Assembly: GCA_037447435.1 (NCBI GenBank)
Contig: JBBIGR010000002.1
Location: 128,001 to 192,000, forward strand
Length of the DNA stretch: 64,000 nt
Source: Fibrobacteria bacterium
GTDB taxonomy: Bacteria; Fibrobacterota; Chitinivibrionia; Chitinivibrionales; FEN-1185
Direction of reading: 5' to 3'
Below are positions 37,724-48,995 of the stretch, piece by piece. The translations under genes and the position numbers were made by a program. Position 1 is the stretch's first letter. The number at the start of each line of letters is the position of its first letter. A model generated the notes under the pieces. That model was not told the origin of the DNA and did no database searches. It was given only the letters and a program-made list of their open reading frames with translations.

Positions 37724-38944
37724 TTAGCTCTGCCTATATGTTTTCAAGAAATGACCGAGCCTGTTTACCGCCACGGTAATGTCTTCGACGCGCGGTAATA
37801 AAACGATACGGAAATGGTCGGGATGCGGCCAATTGAAGCCGGAACCATGCACGATGAGCACTTTCTCATCCCTTAAAAAATCAAACGCGAACGTTTCGTC
37901 ATTGGTGATATTGAATTTTTTAATGTCAAGTTTGGGGAATATGTAAAACGCGGCTTTCGGTTTTACAAAAGATATACCCGGAATTTCAGAAAGCGCATTG
38001 CAACAGGCTTCACGCTGCTGATATAATCTCCCGCCGGGCGCGATAAGGTCGTTAATGCTTTGATACCCTCCCAATGCCGTTTGGATAATCGATTGGGCGG
38101 GGACATTGCTGCACAGCCGCATCGAAGCAAGCATGGTAAGGCCTTCGATGAAATCTCCCGCATTGCGTTTGTCTCCCGAAACAACCATCCATCCCGATCG
38201 AAACCCTGCGATACGATAGGTTTTAGACAGCCCGCTCATGGTGACAAATAAAACGTCCTCGGCAAGAGAGGCGGTAGACACATGCTCGGCACCGTCATAA
38301 ACGATCTTGTCGTATATCTCATCCGAAAAAACGATAAGGTTATTCTGCCGGGCAATCTCGACGATTTGTTCCAGCAATTCGCGAGGATACAACGCGCCGG
38401 TCGGATTATTCGGATTAATAATGACAATTGCTTTGGTGTTTTTCGTAATTTTTTTCTTAATGTCGTCGATATCGGGAAACCAATTTGCCTGTTCATCGCA
38501 GATGTAATGCACCGGTTTGCCGCCGGCCAAATTGACAGCTGCAGTCCACAACGGATAATCCGGTGCGGGAATCAATATTTCACTGCCGTTGTTGCATAAC
38601 CCTTGCATAACCATGACAACCAACTCGCTGACGCCATTGCCGGTATAAATATCTTCTATGGTGACATTTGCAATTTTTTTCTGCTGATAATACTGCATGA
38701 TGGCCTTACGAGCGGAGAACAGTCCTTTTGAATCACTGTATCCCTGCGTCGTGGCCAAGTTGTGAATCATGTCATGAATTATCTCGTCGGGCGCCATGAG
38801 TCCGAACGGGGCCGGGTTGCCGATATTCAGTTTTATGATTTGGTAACCTTCTTCCTCTTCCATGCGTTTGGCTTCCTGCGGTACCGGTCCTCGAATATCG
38901 TACAGCACATTTTCAAGCTTGTTTGATTTCAGATATTTATCCAT
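37724..38944 (-). CDS. alaA: PLP-dependent aminotransferase class I/II (AlaA/YfbQ-like)
   Basis: YDIRGP, LNIGNPAPFG, GNGVSEL, INPNNPTGA, SDEIYDK, GLSKTYRIAGFRSGW and SMRLCSNVP motifs. Confidence 0.9.
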   Translation of the reverse strand: MDKYLKSNKLENVLYDIRGPVPQEAKRMEEEEGYQIIKLNIGNPAPFGLMAPDEIIHDMIHNLATTQGYSDSKGLFSARKAIMQYYQQKKIANVTIEDIYTGNGVSELVVMVMQGLCNNGSEILIPAPDYPLWTAAVNLAGGKPVHYICDEQANWFPDIDDIKKKITKNTKAIVIINPNNPTGALYPRELLEQIVEIARQNNLIVFSDEIYDKIVYDGAEHVSTASLAEDVLFVTMSGLSKTYRIAGFRSGWMVVSGDKRNAGDFIEGLTMLASMRLCSNVPAQSIIQTALGGYQSINDLIAPGGRLYQQREACCNALSEIPGISFVKPKAAFYIFPKLDIKKFNITNDETFAFDFLRDEKVLIVHGSGFNWPHPDHFRIVLLPRVEDITVAVNRLGHFLKTYRQS

Positions 38945-39146
38945 GAGAATTTCCTTATTAAAGGTGATCTATGCTGTTTTGAAATATACATTATGATACG
39001 GTTTTCCAATTTTATAGGCTTTTTTCGTTGTAGACGCATTGTTTGGGCAATTCTTTTGGACACCTGCCGGAAAAGATTTATGCCCCTCAATCCGTAGTAT
39101 ACAGAGGCTATTTCTTTCTACAATTAATGGAAGAAGGTGTATTAAA

Positions 39147-39668
39147 ATGGCAAAAAATTACCAGACGATTTTTAATGCAGATCCGGGTAAACAGGAAATC
39201 TTTATTTCCCGTGAGTTTGATGCGCCAAGGGATATTGTTTTCAAAGCTTTCACGGATCCCAAACTTTTTGTCCAATGGCTGGGCCCAAGAGATCTATCCC
39301 TCAAACTTGAAAAATTCGAACCACGAAACGGAGGAATGTGGCGATATGTGCACACGGATAAAAACGGTAAAAATTTCGCATTTCACGGCGTATATCATGA
39401 AGTTTTGTCACCGGAGAGGATAATCCAGACTTTTGAATATGAAGGACTTTCCGAGGCGGGGCATGTTATTCTTGATATTGCTAAATTTGAAGCATTGCCC
39501 ACAGAAACGACCAAATTAACCGAGCAAAGCATTTACCTGACGGTTGCCGATCGAGACGGAATGATTCAAGCCGATATGTTCAGAGGCGTCAATGAAAGTT
39601 ATGAACGGCTTGACGAACTTTTACTACAGGAATTAAAAAAAATCCGTATGAAAGTTGAAATAACCTGA
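39147..39668 (+). CDS. SRPBCC/AHA1-like (START-fold) protein
   Basis: SREFDAPRDIVFKAFTDP...WLGP, FHGVYHEV..PERIIQTFEYEG and ERLDELL patterns. Confidence 0.88.
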   Translation: MAKNYQTIFNADPGKQEIFISREFDAPRDIVFKAFTDPKLFVQWLGPRDLSLKLEKFEPRNGGMWRYVHTDKNGKNFAFHGVYHEVLSPERIIQTFEYEGLSEAGHVILDIAKFEALPTETTKLTEQSIYLTVADRDGMIQADMFRGVNESYERLDELLLQELKKIRMKVEIT

Positions 39669-39869
39669 TCATTTGGAGTCTTTTAAGGAACGCTCCTGTT
39701 TCTTCCATATCAACATGCGAAGAGAGGGGAGCGTTCGCGTTAATTGCTTGCTTTCGCTTTTCAAAGACTCTCAACAATTTGCGCTTTTATCGTATAATCT
39801 CAGGTATATTTAACCTTCTATTCATAATGCTTTCTTCGGATTCGTCGTTCAACAATAAGGACTTAGTAA

Positions 39870-42812
39870 ATGGCACAATCGGAACTTAAAGTCAATCAAC
39901 GGGTTGAGGGTTTTGTCTGCGAGAGGATTGAACCGATCGCGGAAATTCGATGTACCGCCTATATTTTCAAACATATGAAAACCGGTGCGCGGCTTATTCA
40001 TTTATACAACGACGACCCCAACAATCTTTTTTCAATTGCGTTTAAAACGCCGGTGTCCGATTCGACCGGCGTTCCCCATATTCTTGAACATTCCGTCCTC
40101 GGCGGCTCACAAAAATTTCCCCTCAAAGACCCGTTCCAGGAGCTTTTAAAAGGCTCGCTGCAAACGTTTTTAAACGCACTGACCTATCCGGACAAAACGG
40201 TCTACCCCGTTTCGAGTCAGGTCGAAGTTGACTTTTACAACCTTGTCGACGTTTATTGCGACGCCGTTTTCCATCCGCTTCTCACGCGAAACACCTTCGC
40301 GCAGGAAGGCTGGCATTTTGAAATCGAAAACGATGGTGACGCGGTAGGAATCAAAGGAATCGTCTACAACGAAATGAAAGGCGTATTTTCCGATTTTGCA
40401 AGCCATGTCGAACGCAAAACCGTTTCTTTTTTATTTCCCGACACGTCGTACTTTTATGAAAGCGGCGGCGAAGTCGAGCATATTCCCGACTTGACATACG
40501 AAAAATTCCTGGAATTTCATAAGCGGTTTTATCATCCGTCGAATTCCTATATCGTTTTGTACGGGAATCTTGAATCACAAAAAACCCTGACGTTTTTAAA
40601 TAAGGAATACCTGTCGGGGTTTGATATGTTGGCGCCCAATTCCGATATTGTCGCTCAGCCGGACTGGAAAACGCCCCGCCGCGCGGTCATCGATGCGCCG
40701 TCTCCTGAAAAAGACGACGGCCTGGCTACCGTCGCAATAGCATGGAAATTCGGAATGTCCGCGGATCCGCTCAATTCTCTTGTCGGCCGTATCTTATACC
40801 GCTATTTCATGGGAACCGAAAGCAGCCCGTTAAAACGGGCGCTTATCGATTGCGGACTCGGCGAAGACCTCGATGATATTTGCGGATTCGGAACCGAATT
40901 CGTTCACGGGATTTTCAGCGTTGGTTTACGAAAGACAAAACCGGAACATGCCGATGCCGTAGAAACGCTTGTGTTCGAAACAATTCGAAACGAAATAGCG
41001 CAGGGGTTTGATGAGGAAATTCTTGAAGGCGCCATTCGCCAAACCGAATTCAAACTACGGGAAATCACCGATGCCGGCCGTTTTCCTTTTAATCTTTTGC
41101 TCGCAGAGCGATGTTACCGTTCATGGGTATACGGCGGCGATCCAATTGCGCATTTGGCTTTTGAAAAGCCGATTTCGATTATTCGAGAACACGCCAATGC
41201 CGGAACGATGTGGTTTTGCGATAAAGCAAAGGAGTTGATTTTAAACAATGCCCACTATCTGAGGATTACGGTTCGGGCATCGTCTTCCCTTGGAAAAAAG
41301 CTCGAAACGCAATCACTTGATCAGGCCAAAAAATTAAGCGCAAATTTTACGGATTCAACAAAAGAGGAAATTCGCAACCAAACCAAGCTGCTCGTTGCCG
41401 AACAAAAAAAGCCATCGGCCCCGGAAGCGGTTGCCACGCTGCCCCGCCTTAAAAAGACGGATCTCCCGAAGATCAACCAAATCACCCCCGCACACATAAC
41501 GACATTGTCAAGTGCAAAAGCATTTTTACACCCGCTTTTCACTTCGGGGGTTGTGTATTGCGATATCGGATTCGATTGTCGCGCCATACCGCAAGACCTT
41601 TTACTGTACTTGCCGTTATATACCGAAATGATTACAAAATGCGGTGCGGCGGGACTTTCCTACGAGGCGATGTCGAAACGAATATCGCTTTCCACAGGCG
41701 GTATCGACAGCTCGATAGTCTGCGAAACAAAAGCAAGCGCAAAAAACGACGATTTGGTTTTTTATTGTTTCATCCATGCAAAGGCATTGCTTTCCCGTTG
41801 CGATGAAATGTGCGGGATTCTCGCGAACCTTTTCAAACTTCCCGATTTATCGAATAAAAAGCAAATTAAAGACCTGCTTTTTGAAATGCGCAACGATATA
41901 AATGCTTCCGTGATCGACAGCGGCCATCATTTTGCGGTAATCCATGCTTCTTCACATCTCATTCCTTCACGAGCACTCGACGAATCGCTTGAAGGTATCA
42001 CGCAATTACGGTTTCTCGATAAATTGATAAAGAGTAACGGTACAGATGATATCGTGAAGGCGTTACAATCGCTTCATTCTTTGATAATCAACAAAAACGC
42101 CTGTGTCGTGTCGATAACCGCAGACGACCCTTCAAAGGTTACCGGTCAAATAGCCGGACTTGTCGAATCCCTGCCATCGCACGAATATAATCCCATAAAC
42201 CTCCCTTTTTTCCAACACCGGACATTTAAAGGAATTGAAATAAGTTCATCGGTAAACTTTGTCGCAAAAACGTGGGATATCGGTATTCCAACGCCCGAAC
42301 AGACCGGGCACTATTTACTTTTGTCCAGAAATCTGTCGACAGGTTATTTGTGGGATAAAGTCCGGGTCGAAGGCGGCGCTTACGGTGGAATGGCAATGGC
42401 CCAAAGCGGACATCCGGTTTTTGCCTGCGCTTCCTATCGCGATCCGAATCTCGCCACCACCTTGAGCCATTTTGAAAAAGGACTTTCCATTGTCGCAGGA
42501 GGACTCGACTCCGCAAGTATCGATCAAAGTATAATAGGAACGATAGGGCGAATCGATGCGCCGCGCACCCCCCATGAAAAAGGGTACGGCGAAACGCTTG
42601 CCTTGCTTTGCGATCGCACTGTGCAGCATCGCCAGCAAGTTCGTGAATCGGTTTTAAACGCAAACAGCGAATCTCTGGCAAAAACCGCGCAGACGATCCT
42701 TGACATAAAGGATGAATCCATAACCGTAGTCGGCAGTGCATCCTCATTTGAAACTGCGGAAAAAGACCAGATTTTTTTGGTGCGCGAACCTCTTTTATAC
42801 GAAGACAATTAA
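39870..42812 (+). CDS. M16C family metallopeptidase (presequence protease-like)
   Basis: HILEH inverted zinc motif; FLNALTYPDKT, GIVYNEMKG, VRVEGGAYG and SYRDPN motifs. Confidence 0.92.
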   Translation: MAQSELKVNQRVEGFVCERIEPIAEIRCTAYIFKHMKTGARLIHLYNDDPNNLFSIAFKTPVSDSTGVPHILEHSVLGGSQKFPLKDPFQELLKGSLQTFLNALTYPDKTVYPVSSQVEVDFYNLVDVYCDAVFHPLLTRNTFAQEGWHFEIENDGDAVGIKGIVYNEMKGVFSDFASHVERKTVSFLFPDTSYFYESGGEVEHIPDLTYEKFLEFHKRFYHPSNSYIVLYGNLESQKTLTFLNKEYLSGFDMLAPNSDIVAQPDWKTPRRAVIDAPSPEKDDGLATVAIAWKFGMSADPLNSLVGRILYRYFMGTESSPLKRALIDCGLGEDLDDICGFGTEFVHGIFSVGLRKTKPEHADAVETLVFETIRNEIAQGFDEEILEGAIRQTEFKLREITDAGRFPFNLLLAERCYRSWVYGGDPIAHLAFEKPISIIREHANAGTMWFCDKAKELILNNAHYLRITVRASSSLGKKLETQSLDQAKKLSANFTDSTKEEIRNQTKLLVAEQKKPSAPEAVATLPRLKKTDLPKINQITPAHITTLSSAKAFLHPLFTSGVVYCDIGFDCRAIPQDLLLYLPLYTEMITKCGAAGLSYEAMSKRISLSTGGIDSSIVCETKASAKNDDLVFYCFIHAKALLSRCDEMCGILANLFKLPDLSNKKQIKDLLFEMRNDINASVIDSGHHFAVIHASSHLIPSRALDESLEGITQLRFLDKLIKSNGTDDIVKALQSLHSLIINKNACVVSITADDPSKVTGQIAGLVESLPSHEYNPINLPFFQHRTFKGIEISSSVNFVAKTWDIGIPTPEQTGHYLLLSRNLSTGYLWDKVRVEGGAYGGMAMAQSGHPVFACASYRDPNLATTLSHFEKGLSIVAGGLDSASIDQSIIGTIGRIDAPRTPHEKGYGETLALLCDRTVQHRQQVRESVLNANSESLAKTAQTILDIKDESITVVGSASSFETAEKDQIFLVREPLLYEDN

Positions 42813-42887
42813 TCATCCGTGGCTTTGCAAAAGATAAAAGCGCAGTGTCGGAGAACCAAGAAAAACGAAAAGTTACCTGAACGTATT

Positions 42888-43331
42888 TTAAACTTTCGAG
42901 CCGTTTTGGTTTTGCAACATTTCCTTGCGGATTGAATCGATGACGCCGTTTACGAATTTTCCCGAGTCGTCGGTCCCATATTGTTTGGCAAGCTCAACCG
43001 CCTCATCAATGACGACCTTAAACGGAACATTTTCACCTTTTCCAAGTTCCGCAACAGCCATACGCAGTATGTTTCTGTCTATAGCCGTCATTCGCTTCAC
43101 GTCCCAGTTTGCCGTGTGCCGTTGCAAAAGGGCATCGATTTCCTCCCGCTTCGAATAGGCTGCAATCACGAGATCCCGGGCATATTGTCCATCCTTGGGG
43201 TCGATACCGGATTCCACGATTATTCCCGATAAGACTTTAGTGCAATCGGTATTATCGCCTATTTCGCATGCGTAAAGCGCCTGTAACGCCAACTCGCGGG
43301 ATTTTCTTCTGTTTTGCTGCATGAGCGACAC
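42888..43331 (-). CDS. nusB: Transcription antitermination factor NusB
   Basis: RRKSRELALQALY, DRNILR, VVIDEAVELAK and FVNGVID motifs. Confidence 0.95.
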   Translation of the reverse strand: MSLMQQNRRKSRELALQALYACEIGDNTDCTKVLSGIIVESGIDPKDGQYARDLVIAAYSKREEIDALLQRHTANWDVKRMTAIDRNILRMAVAELGKGENVPFKVVIDEAVELAKQYGTDDSGKFVNGVIDSIRKEMLQNQNGSKV

Positions 43332-43408
43332 ACATTGTTTCTATATTAACACCGGGGACAACGGAAAACGTCCCCGATTTTAACGTTGTAAAGGTTTTAT
43401 TTCAGTGA

Positions 43409-43873
43409 TTATAACTTCGTCAACAAATCGACCATTTCCATTGCCGATAATGCCGCATCCCATCCTTTATTGCCGGCTTTGGTACCGGCCCGTTCGACAG
43501 CCTGGTCTATGGTTTCTGTCGTCAGGACGCCAAAAATAACCGGGATCTGGTGTTCCAAATTGACCGATGCAATTCCCTTGGAAACTTCGGAGGCGATATA
43601 GTCGAAATGAGGCGTTGACCCTCGGATTACCGCACCAAGACAGATGACTGCGTCGTATTTTCCGCTGGCGGCACATTTTTTTGCAATAAGCGGAATTTCA
43701 AAAGCACCAGGGACCCAGACTATCGTTATTCCGTCTTTGTCGCCATTGTGTCTGATGAGGCAATCAATGGCTCCCTCCAAAAGCTTTTTCCCGATCAGTT
43801 CGTTGAACCTGCTGATGACAATTCCGAATCGTTTTCCCGCTGCGGACAATTGTCCTTCAATTACGGTTGACAT
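43409..43873 (-). CDS. ribH: 6,7-dimethyl-8-ribityllumazine synthase
   Basis: [26 protein letters not shown] and GNKG motifs. Confidence 0.96.
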   Translation of the reverse strand: MSTVIEGQLSAAGKRFGIVISRFNELIGKKLLEGAIDCLIRHNGDKDGITIVWVPGAFEIPLIAKKCAASGKYDAVICLGAVIRGSTPHFDYIASEVSKGIASVNLEHQIPVIFGVLTTETIDQAVERAGTKAGNKGWDAALSAMEMVDLLTKL

Positions 43874-45078
43874 AATGCTTCTCCTTCAAGAAGGTGACCC
43901 ATTTTTTCTTTTTTTGTCATTAAATACCGTCGATTTTCTCTTCTGCCGGGAATTTCAATCGGCACCCGTTCGACTATTTCGATGCCATATCCCGAAAGCC
44001 CGACGATTTTTTTAGGGTTATTCGTCATGAGTCTGATTTTTTTAATCCCCAAATTTGCAAGAATTTGAGCTCCTATCCCGTAATCCCGCCGATCGGCGGG
44101 AAATCCGAGCTTTTCGTTGGCTTCGACAGTGTCAAGACCGGTTTCTTGCAAAGAATATGCCTTGATTTTATTTATTAACCCTATACCTCGGCCTTCCTGG
44201 CGCAAATACAGAATGACCCCGCCTTGTTTGCCGATTTCCTGCATCGAACGATCGAGTTGTTCCCCGCATTCGCATCGAAGCGAACCTAAAATATCTCCGG
44301 TGAAACATTCGGAATGTACTCGTACCAGAGTTGGTTGACTGGGATCGATGTCCCCTTTTTGCATGACGACATGAACTGCTTTCGTGATGAAATCCTCATA
44401 GCATTTCATCCGAAATTCACCGTACTTTGTCGGCAAAGCGGCTTCTGCGTTGCATTTGATAAGGCTTTCATGCATTGTCCGATACCGGATCAAATCTGCA
44501 ATTGTCAATATCAACAGTTTATGGGTCTTGGCAAATTCGGTAAGTTGCGGCATTCTCGACATGGTGCCGTCTTCGTTCATGATTTCGCAAATCACGCCGG
44601 CAGGGAAAATCCCCCCGAGCTTGGCCAAATCGACAGACGCTTCAGTTTGTCCGCTCCGGACCAAGACTCCGCCTTCTTTTGCCCGGATAGGAAACATATG
44701 TCCGGGCCTTACGAAGTCTGCCGCAGTGCTGTTCGGGTCTACGAGTTTTTTAATTGTCAAGGCTCGGTCCGCTGCTGAAATCCCGGTTGTCGTTCCGTCG
44801 GCCGCATCGACGCTGTCGGTGAATGCGGTTTCGAACCGGGAAGTGTTGTTGCACACCATCATTGGAATCGCAAGCTCGTCCAAGCGCTGTCCTTCCATGG
44901 TTACACAAATAAGCCCTCTGCCGTATTTGGCCATGAAATTGATTTTTTCCGGGGTGCACATTTGCGCCGCGCAGGCAAGGTCTCCTTCATTTTCCCGGTC
45001 TTCGTCATCGACGATAATTATAATGTCGCCGTTTTTGTACGCGGCAATAGCCGCTTCGACATGTGCGAATTTATTCAA
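43861..45078 (-). CDS. ribBA: Bifunctional DHBP synthase / GTP cyclohydrolase II
   Basis: [46 protein letters not shown] and MTNNP motifs. Confidence 0.96.
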   Translation of the reverse strand: MNKFAHVEAAIAAYKNGDIIIIVDDEDRENEGDLACAAQMCTPEKINFMAKYGRGLICVTMEGQRLDELAIPMMVCNNTSRFETAFTDSVDAADGTTTGISAADRALTIKKLVDPNSTAADFVRPGHMFPIRAKEGGVLVRSGQTEASVDLAKLGGIFPAGVICEIMNEDGTMSRMPQLTEFAKTHKLLILTIADLIRYRTMHESLIKCNAEAALPTKYGEFRMKCYEDFITKAVHVVMQKGDIDPSQPTLVRVHSECFTGDILGSLRCECGEQLDRSMQEIGKQGGVILYLRQEGRGIGLINKIKAYSLQETGLDTVEANEKLGFPADRRDYGIGAQILANLGIKKIRLMTNNPKKIVGLSGYGIEIVERVPIEIPGRRENRRYLMTKKEKMGHLLEGEALCQP

Positions 45079-45740
45079 AATCCAAGCCTTTCCATTTTGT
45101 CTAATAATGAGGACCCGTCGGAACCGCTACCCGGTCCGGGCGATTCGATTCCCCGATGATGCATAAGCCCTTCGAGATACCTGGCTATGACATCGCATTC
45201 AAGATTCACGAAATCGCCAACGCCTTTCAAAGCCATTGTCGTTTCTTTAAACGTAAAAGGGATGAGGGAAATTTCGAGCGTATCGGAAGACACGGTCGTA
45301 ATTGTCAAGCTTATTCCGTCGACCGCCACAGAACCCTTTTCAGTGAAATATCGTCTTTGTTCTTTGGGAAAGCGAATCGATCGAACCGTACTATCCCCCA
45401 CTTTCCGGTCTGCGACAATAGCCCCGACTGCGTCGACATGCCCTAGAACAAAATGCCCGTCGATTCTCCCGGTTACCGCTAACGCCCGCTCGACATTGAC
45501 CCGGTCGCCGATTTGTTTTTTCCCAATTGTCGAACGCTCGAGCGTTTCCGCAACTGCGGTAAAACATAAGACATTGTTTTTTATCGATTCCAAGGTCAAG
45601 CATACGCCGTCGACGGCGACAGATCCGCCAATAGCAACATGAAAATCCGGCGCTGAAACGGCAATGCCGATTAGCGCGCTTTTATTTCCGCGGTTAATTG
45701 TCTGAATCGAACCGATCGTTTCGATAATGCCCGTAAACAC
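45075..45740 (-). CDS. ribE: Riboflavin synthase (alpha chain)
   Basis: [26 protein letters not shown] and VNLECD motifs. Confidence 0.95.
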   Translation of the reverse strand: MFTGIIETIGSIQTINRGNKSALIGIAVSAPDFHVAIGGSVAVDGVCLTLESIKNNVLCFTAVAETLERSTIGKKQIGDRVNVERALAVTGRIDGHFVLGHVDAVGAIVADRKVGDSTVRSIRFPKEQRRYFTEKGSVAVDGISLTITTVSSDTLEISLIPFTFKETTMALKGVGDFVNLECDVIARYLEGLMHHRGIESPGPGSGSDGSSLLDKMERLGF

Positions 45741-46874
45741 CTATTCCATCTCCTTAAGCAAGCCGGTCACAAAAATATTGTCGCCGAGTTGTCTCATTTC
45801 CATCTGTTTCAAAGGAATCGCATTTTTTATATGACAAGGCGATACGAAGTCCAGGCCGTTTATCCCGTTACCCATCAGTTTGTTGCCATAAAACAAATAC
45901 AGCCGGTTTACAAGATTATGCTTGATGAAACTTGATGCAAGACGGCTCCCGCCTTCTATCAAAACCGAACATATGTTTTCCTCATAGGCCATAGACAAAA
46001 ACGATTTCAGATTGCCCGAATCGGTCTTGCTTCCGGTATACCACAATTCAACACCTTCCGGCGAAACGCTTTTATGTCGTCCGGAACCGCCGCGAACGAC
46101 GCAAATTCTGCGTTGGGCCATGGCTTCGCCTTTGTTTAAACTGGACACAAAGTAACTTTGCAACGGCAATTTTGAGGTCGACGAAAATACGATTCGCGCA
46201 GGACAAGCTTCAAACCCGTGCCGGACCGTTAATTTCGGATCATCTGCGATCAAGGTCTTTCGCCCAATAGCCACCGCTGCATGCCGTTTTCTCAGTTCAT
46301 GAACAAATGTTCGGCTTGCAGGTGAAGTAATCCACTTGGACTTTCCAAACGAATCTGCAATCCGCCCGTCTAAAGTCATTGCCAACTTTACGCTTACCCA
46401 CGGCAGTTTATTTTTAACCCAGTAAAAAAAATCTTCGTTGATTTTACGCGCCTCTTCGGCAAGTAAACCGGTAAAAACGGTCAGGCCCCTTTTTTTTAAT
46501 ACTTTCATTCCTTTCCCGCCAACCAGAGGATTGGGATCGATTATTGACGCAAACACCGTTTTAATGCCTGCCGCAATAATTGCATCGGTACAAGGGGGCG
46601 TTTTCCCATAGTGACAACAAGGTTCCAAAGAAACATATAGAGTGGATCCGCTCGCCTTTGAACCCGCCATTGCGATAGCATTTATTTCAGCATGCGGTCC
46701 GCCATAATGGGACGTTGTGCCGGTCCCGATTATTTTTCCATTTTTAACGAGTACTGCGCCGACACTGGGATTTGGGAATGTATTTCCTTTCCCGGCCCGG
46801 GCCAGTTCCAAGGCATGGGACATAAACCGAACATCGTTGGAGGAAAACTGTTTCAAAGAACCGTTTGTTGGCAT
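45741..46874 (-). CDS. ribD: Riboflavin biosynthesis deaminase/reductase
   Basis: PNPSVG, HAE, LEPCCHYGKTPPC, KLAMTLDG, SKWIT and EGG motifs. Confidence 0.95.
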   Translation of the reverse strand: MPTNGSLKQFSSNDVRFMSHALELARAGKGNTFPNPSVGAVLVKNGKIIGTGTTSHYGGPHAEINAIAMAGSKASGSTLYVSLEPCCHYGKTPPCTDAIIAAGIKTVFASIIDPNPLVGGKGMKVLKKRGLTVFTGLLAEEARKINEDFFYWVKNKLPWVSVKLAMTLDGRIADSFGKSKWITSPASRTFVHELRKRHAAVAIGRKTLIADDPKLTVRHGFEACPARIVFSSTSKLPLQSYFVSSLNKGEAMAQRRICVVRGGSGRHKSVSPEGVELWYTGSKTDSGNLKSFLSMAYEENICSVLIEGGSRLASSFIKHNLVNRLYLFYGNKLMGNGINGLDFVSPCHIKNAIPLKQMEMRQLGDNIFVTGLLKEME

Positions 46875-47055
46875 ACTGTTTTAGGGAATAATTGTAACAT
46901 ATTAATATATTGATAAAATATTTCATGCAAGATTATAGCATCAACATAAGGTTTGAAAAAGTGATTTCTGTAGGAGTAAAGCACAAATTGCATGGAATGA
47001 TGAAACCTTTAAAAAAGAATTATTAAACCTGTCTGCATATATTTATTTTAAACCA

Positions 47056-48039
47056 ATGATAAACATTCAAGATCAAAACCATCTATTGCAGCACCTGGCA
47101 AAAAAAGGTGATCCCTCTGCTTTTTATACTTTAGTCGAGCCTTTTTCCCGTTCTCTTTACCTTGGAATTCGGAATTCTCAAAAAAGTCATAAGGATGCCA
47201 TGTCCATTCTTATTCCATTCCTTAAGGTTTTGTATAAAGATTTCCCCAAAAAAAGCAACGAGGTCGGTTTTGGTGAGTGGTTTGCCATCAAGCAAAAAGC
47301 CCAAGCGGATTTTGCTTCGGTACATTTTCAAGAAAGTTCGGAAGAGGTTTCCTTAGAGCAAATTTCAAGTCAAGATTTATCGCATCTCGATTCGCAAGTT
47401 AAACTTGTTTTCATGCGAAATCACGGCAAAAGTCCTTCTGCGTCAAGCAGTTTCTTTGGAAGGGGACAATTCGGTTTTTTTCCTAAAAACGTTCTACTGC
47501 GATTAGTCTTCATTCTCGTTTTGATCGCCTGTTGTTTGTTTGCTATCTACGGGTATTTAAAAATTACCAACAGCACCTGCACGTTTACTTTTAAAAACAA
47601 TAAAAGCTCGCATAGTATCACGCTTCCTTTTAACCAAACAAATGAGAATTACCGTAAAGATATCATTCAAAAAGGACAAACGGCAGTGCCCGACAAGCCG
47701 TCGGTTTCTTTCGACACGACTGCTCCGGCGATTCATGCCGTTACAAAAACGGACACGGTAAAAAAAACAATCTCTTTTAAAAAACTGCCGAAGCCGCCGA
47801 CGGTAAATGATTCAACAGAGCATAAAGAAATGCAATCGGGGCAATTTCAACCAACGAAACATTCGCATTCTTCAGATACTTTTTCTTCAAACCCTTATTC
47901 GGCAAAAGCTATAATTACAGACCCATTGCAGCCGCAGATTTCAAAACCTAAATCGTCTTCCTCGGACAAAACCAGTAACTATCTCTCTACTCCATCTAAA
48001 AAAATTAATTCCACCGATACCAGCCTTCTTGGTCAATAA
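47056..48039 (+). CDS. Hypothetical membrane protein: ECF-sigma-region-2-like N-terminus, TM helix, S/T/P/K-rich tail
   Basis: LAKKGDPSAFYTLV...LY...DA...FGEWF pattern; TM LLRLVFILVLIACCLFAIYGYL; low-complexity C-terminus. Confidence 0.55.
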   Translation: MINIQDQNHLLQHLAKKGDPSAFYTLVEPFSRSLYLGIRNSQKSHKDAMSILIPFLKVLYKDFPKKSNEVGFGEWFAIKQKAQADFASVHFQESSEEVSLEQISSQDLSHLDSQVKLVFMRNHGKSPSASSSFFGRGQFGFFPKNVLLRLVFILVLIACCLFAIYGYLKITNSTCTFTFKNNKSSHSITLPFNQTNENYRKDIIQKGQTAVPDKPSVSFDTTAPAIHAVTKTDTVKKTISFKKLPKPPTVNDSTEHKEMQSGQFQPTKHSHSSDTFSSNPYSAKAIITDPLQPQISKPKSSSSDKTSNYLSTPSKKINSTDTSLLGQ

Positions 48040-48340
48040 TTATTCCATAATTTATGATGCCTGGGCTTCATACAAGGTCTACATCGAGTATTTAATTACC
48101 CATTTAAACCTTGAATTAGCCATTTTAATAACTTATAATTAAATATCTTATATAGATTCATTGATGAGCTGTTTATGTTTTTGCTCATGAAAAATAATGG
48201 AATTGCCGATTACTGTTTATAGTGGAAAATTTTGGTGCCGGCATTATCGTAGTAATCCACTACAGTTTTAAATTCTGAAAGCAGTGACTTTCGGTTAAGT
48301 TTTTTTGCGCAACAAGAAGGGTACATTCCGAATAAAGCCT

Positions 48341-48979
48341 ATGCGTTTGCTTTATCTGCCGTTGTTTTTACTCTGCGCATTAACTACTCTCAGTTTTGGT
48401 GAAGCGGAAGAATATATTCTGCAACCGGGCGATGTTATTTCAATTTCCGTTGTGGAACATCCCGAATTTTCAGGACGCCACAAAATACGTCCCGACGGCA
48501 GAATCAATTACCCCGTTATCGGTGAAATCGACGTTGCATCTCTTACCTGCGCACAACTTGTTAAAATCATGCAAGGGAAGCTTTCTTCGTATGTAAACAA
48601 CCCCGTTGTTGCGGTTTCCATAGAAGATTATTATTCAAACAAGATATATATCATCGGCGACGTACGCTCTTCGGGCCAATATCAAATTTACGAACCAATC
48701 GACATCATTAAAGCCATAGCCATGTGCGGCGGCGTAAACAATCCTAAAATAAAACTGATTAAAATTATCCGCGCCGACGGAACCATTATCAACGTGGAAA
48801 CGAGAAGTATTTGGGGTACTGAAGGGAAACGCGATTCGAAAAAATACGTCTTATACCCCGGCGACACCATGTACGTACCTGAAAGTTTCGGCATTAATTG
48901 GGCCGCTATTGCTTCAGTCCTCGGCATCATAAGTATCGCCTTGCAAATCGTGTATTATTCCAGCACGCTCAGTAAATGA
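48341..48979 (+). CDS. Polysaccharide export protein (Wza-like Poly_export + SLBB)
   Basis: YILQPGDVISI, IRPDGRINYPVIG, IIGDV and LYPGDTMYVP motifs. Confidence 0.88.
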   Translation: MRLLYLPLFLLCALTTLSFGEAEEYILQPGDVISISVVEHPEFSGRHKIRPDGRINYPVIGEIDVASLTCAQLVKIMQGKLSSYVNNPVVAVSIEDYYSNKIYIIGDVRSSGQYQIYEPIDIIKAIAMCGGVNNPKIKLIKIIRADGTIINVETRSIWGTEGKRDSKKYVLYPGDTMYVPESFGINWAAIASVLGIISIALQIVYYSSTLSK

Positions 48980-48995
48980 TATTTTCCACTTTTCT

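Noticed and set aside
39870..42812. Eukaryote-derived presequence protease
   Set aside because: M16C peptidases are well known in diverse bacteria, and nothing here indicates transfer.
43353..43376. Terminator between ribH and nusB
   Set aside because: A 7-bp stem (CGGGGAC/GTCCCCG) exists but has a 10-nt loop and no good U-tract on the coding strand; function unclear.
46875..47055. FMN riboswitch upstream of the rib operon
   Set aside because: Short AT-rich divergent intergenic region without the conserved RFN sequence blocks.
48040..48340. ops/JUMPstart element or ncRNA before the polysaccharide operon
   Set aside because: No GGCGGTAG motif and only a weak short hairpin; not supportable.
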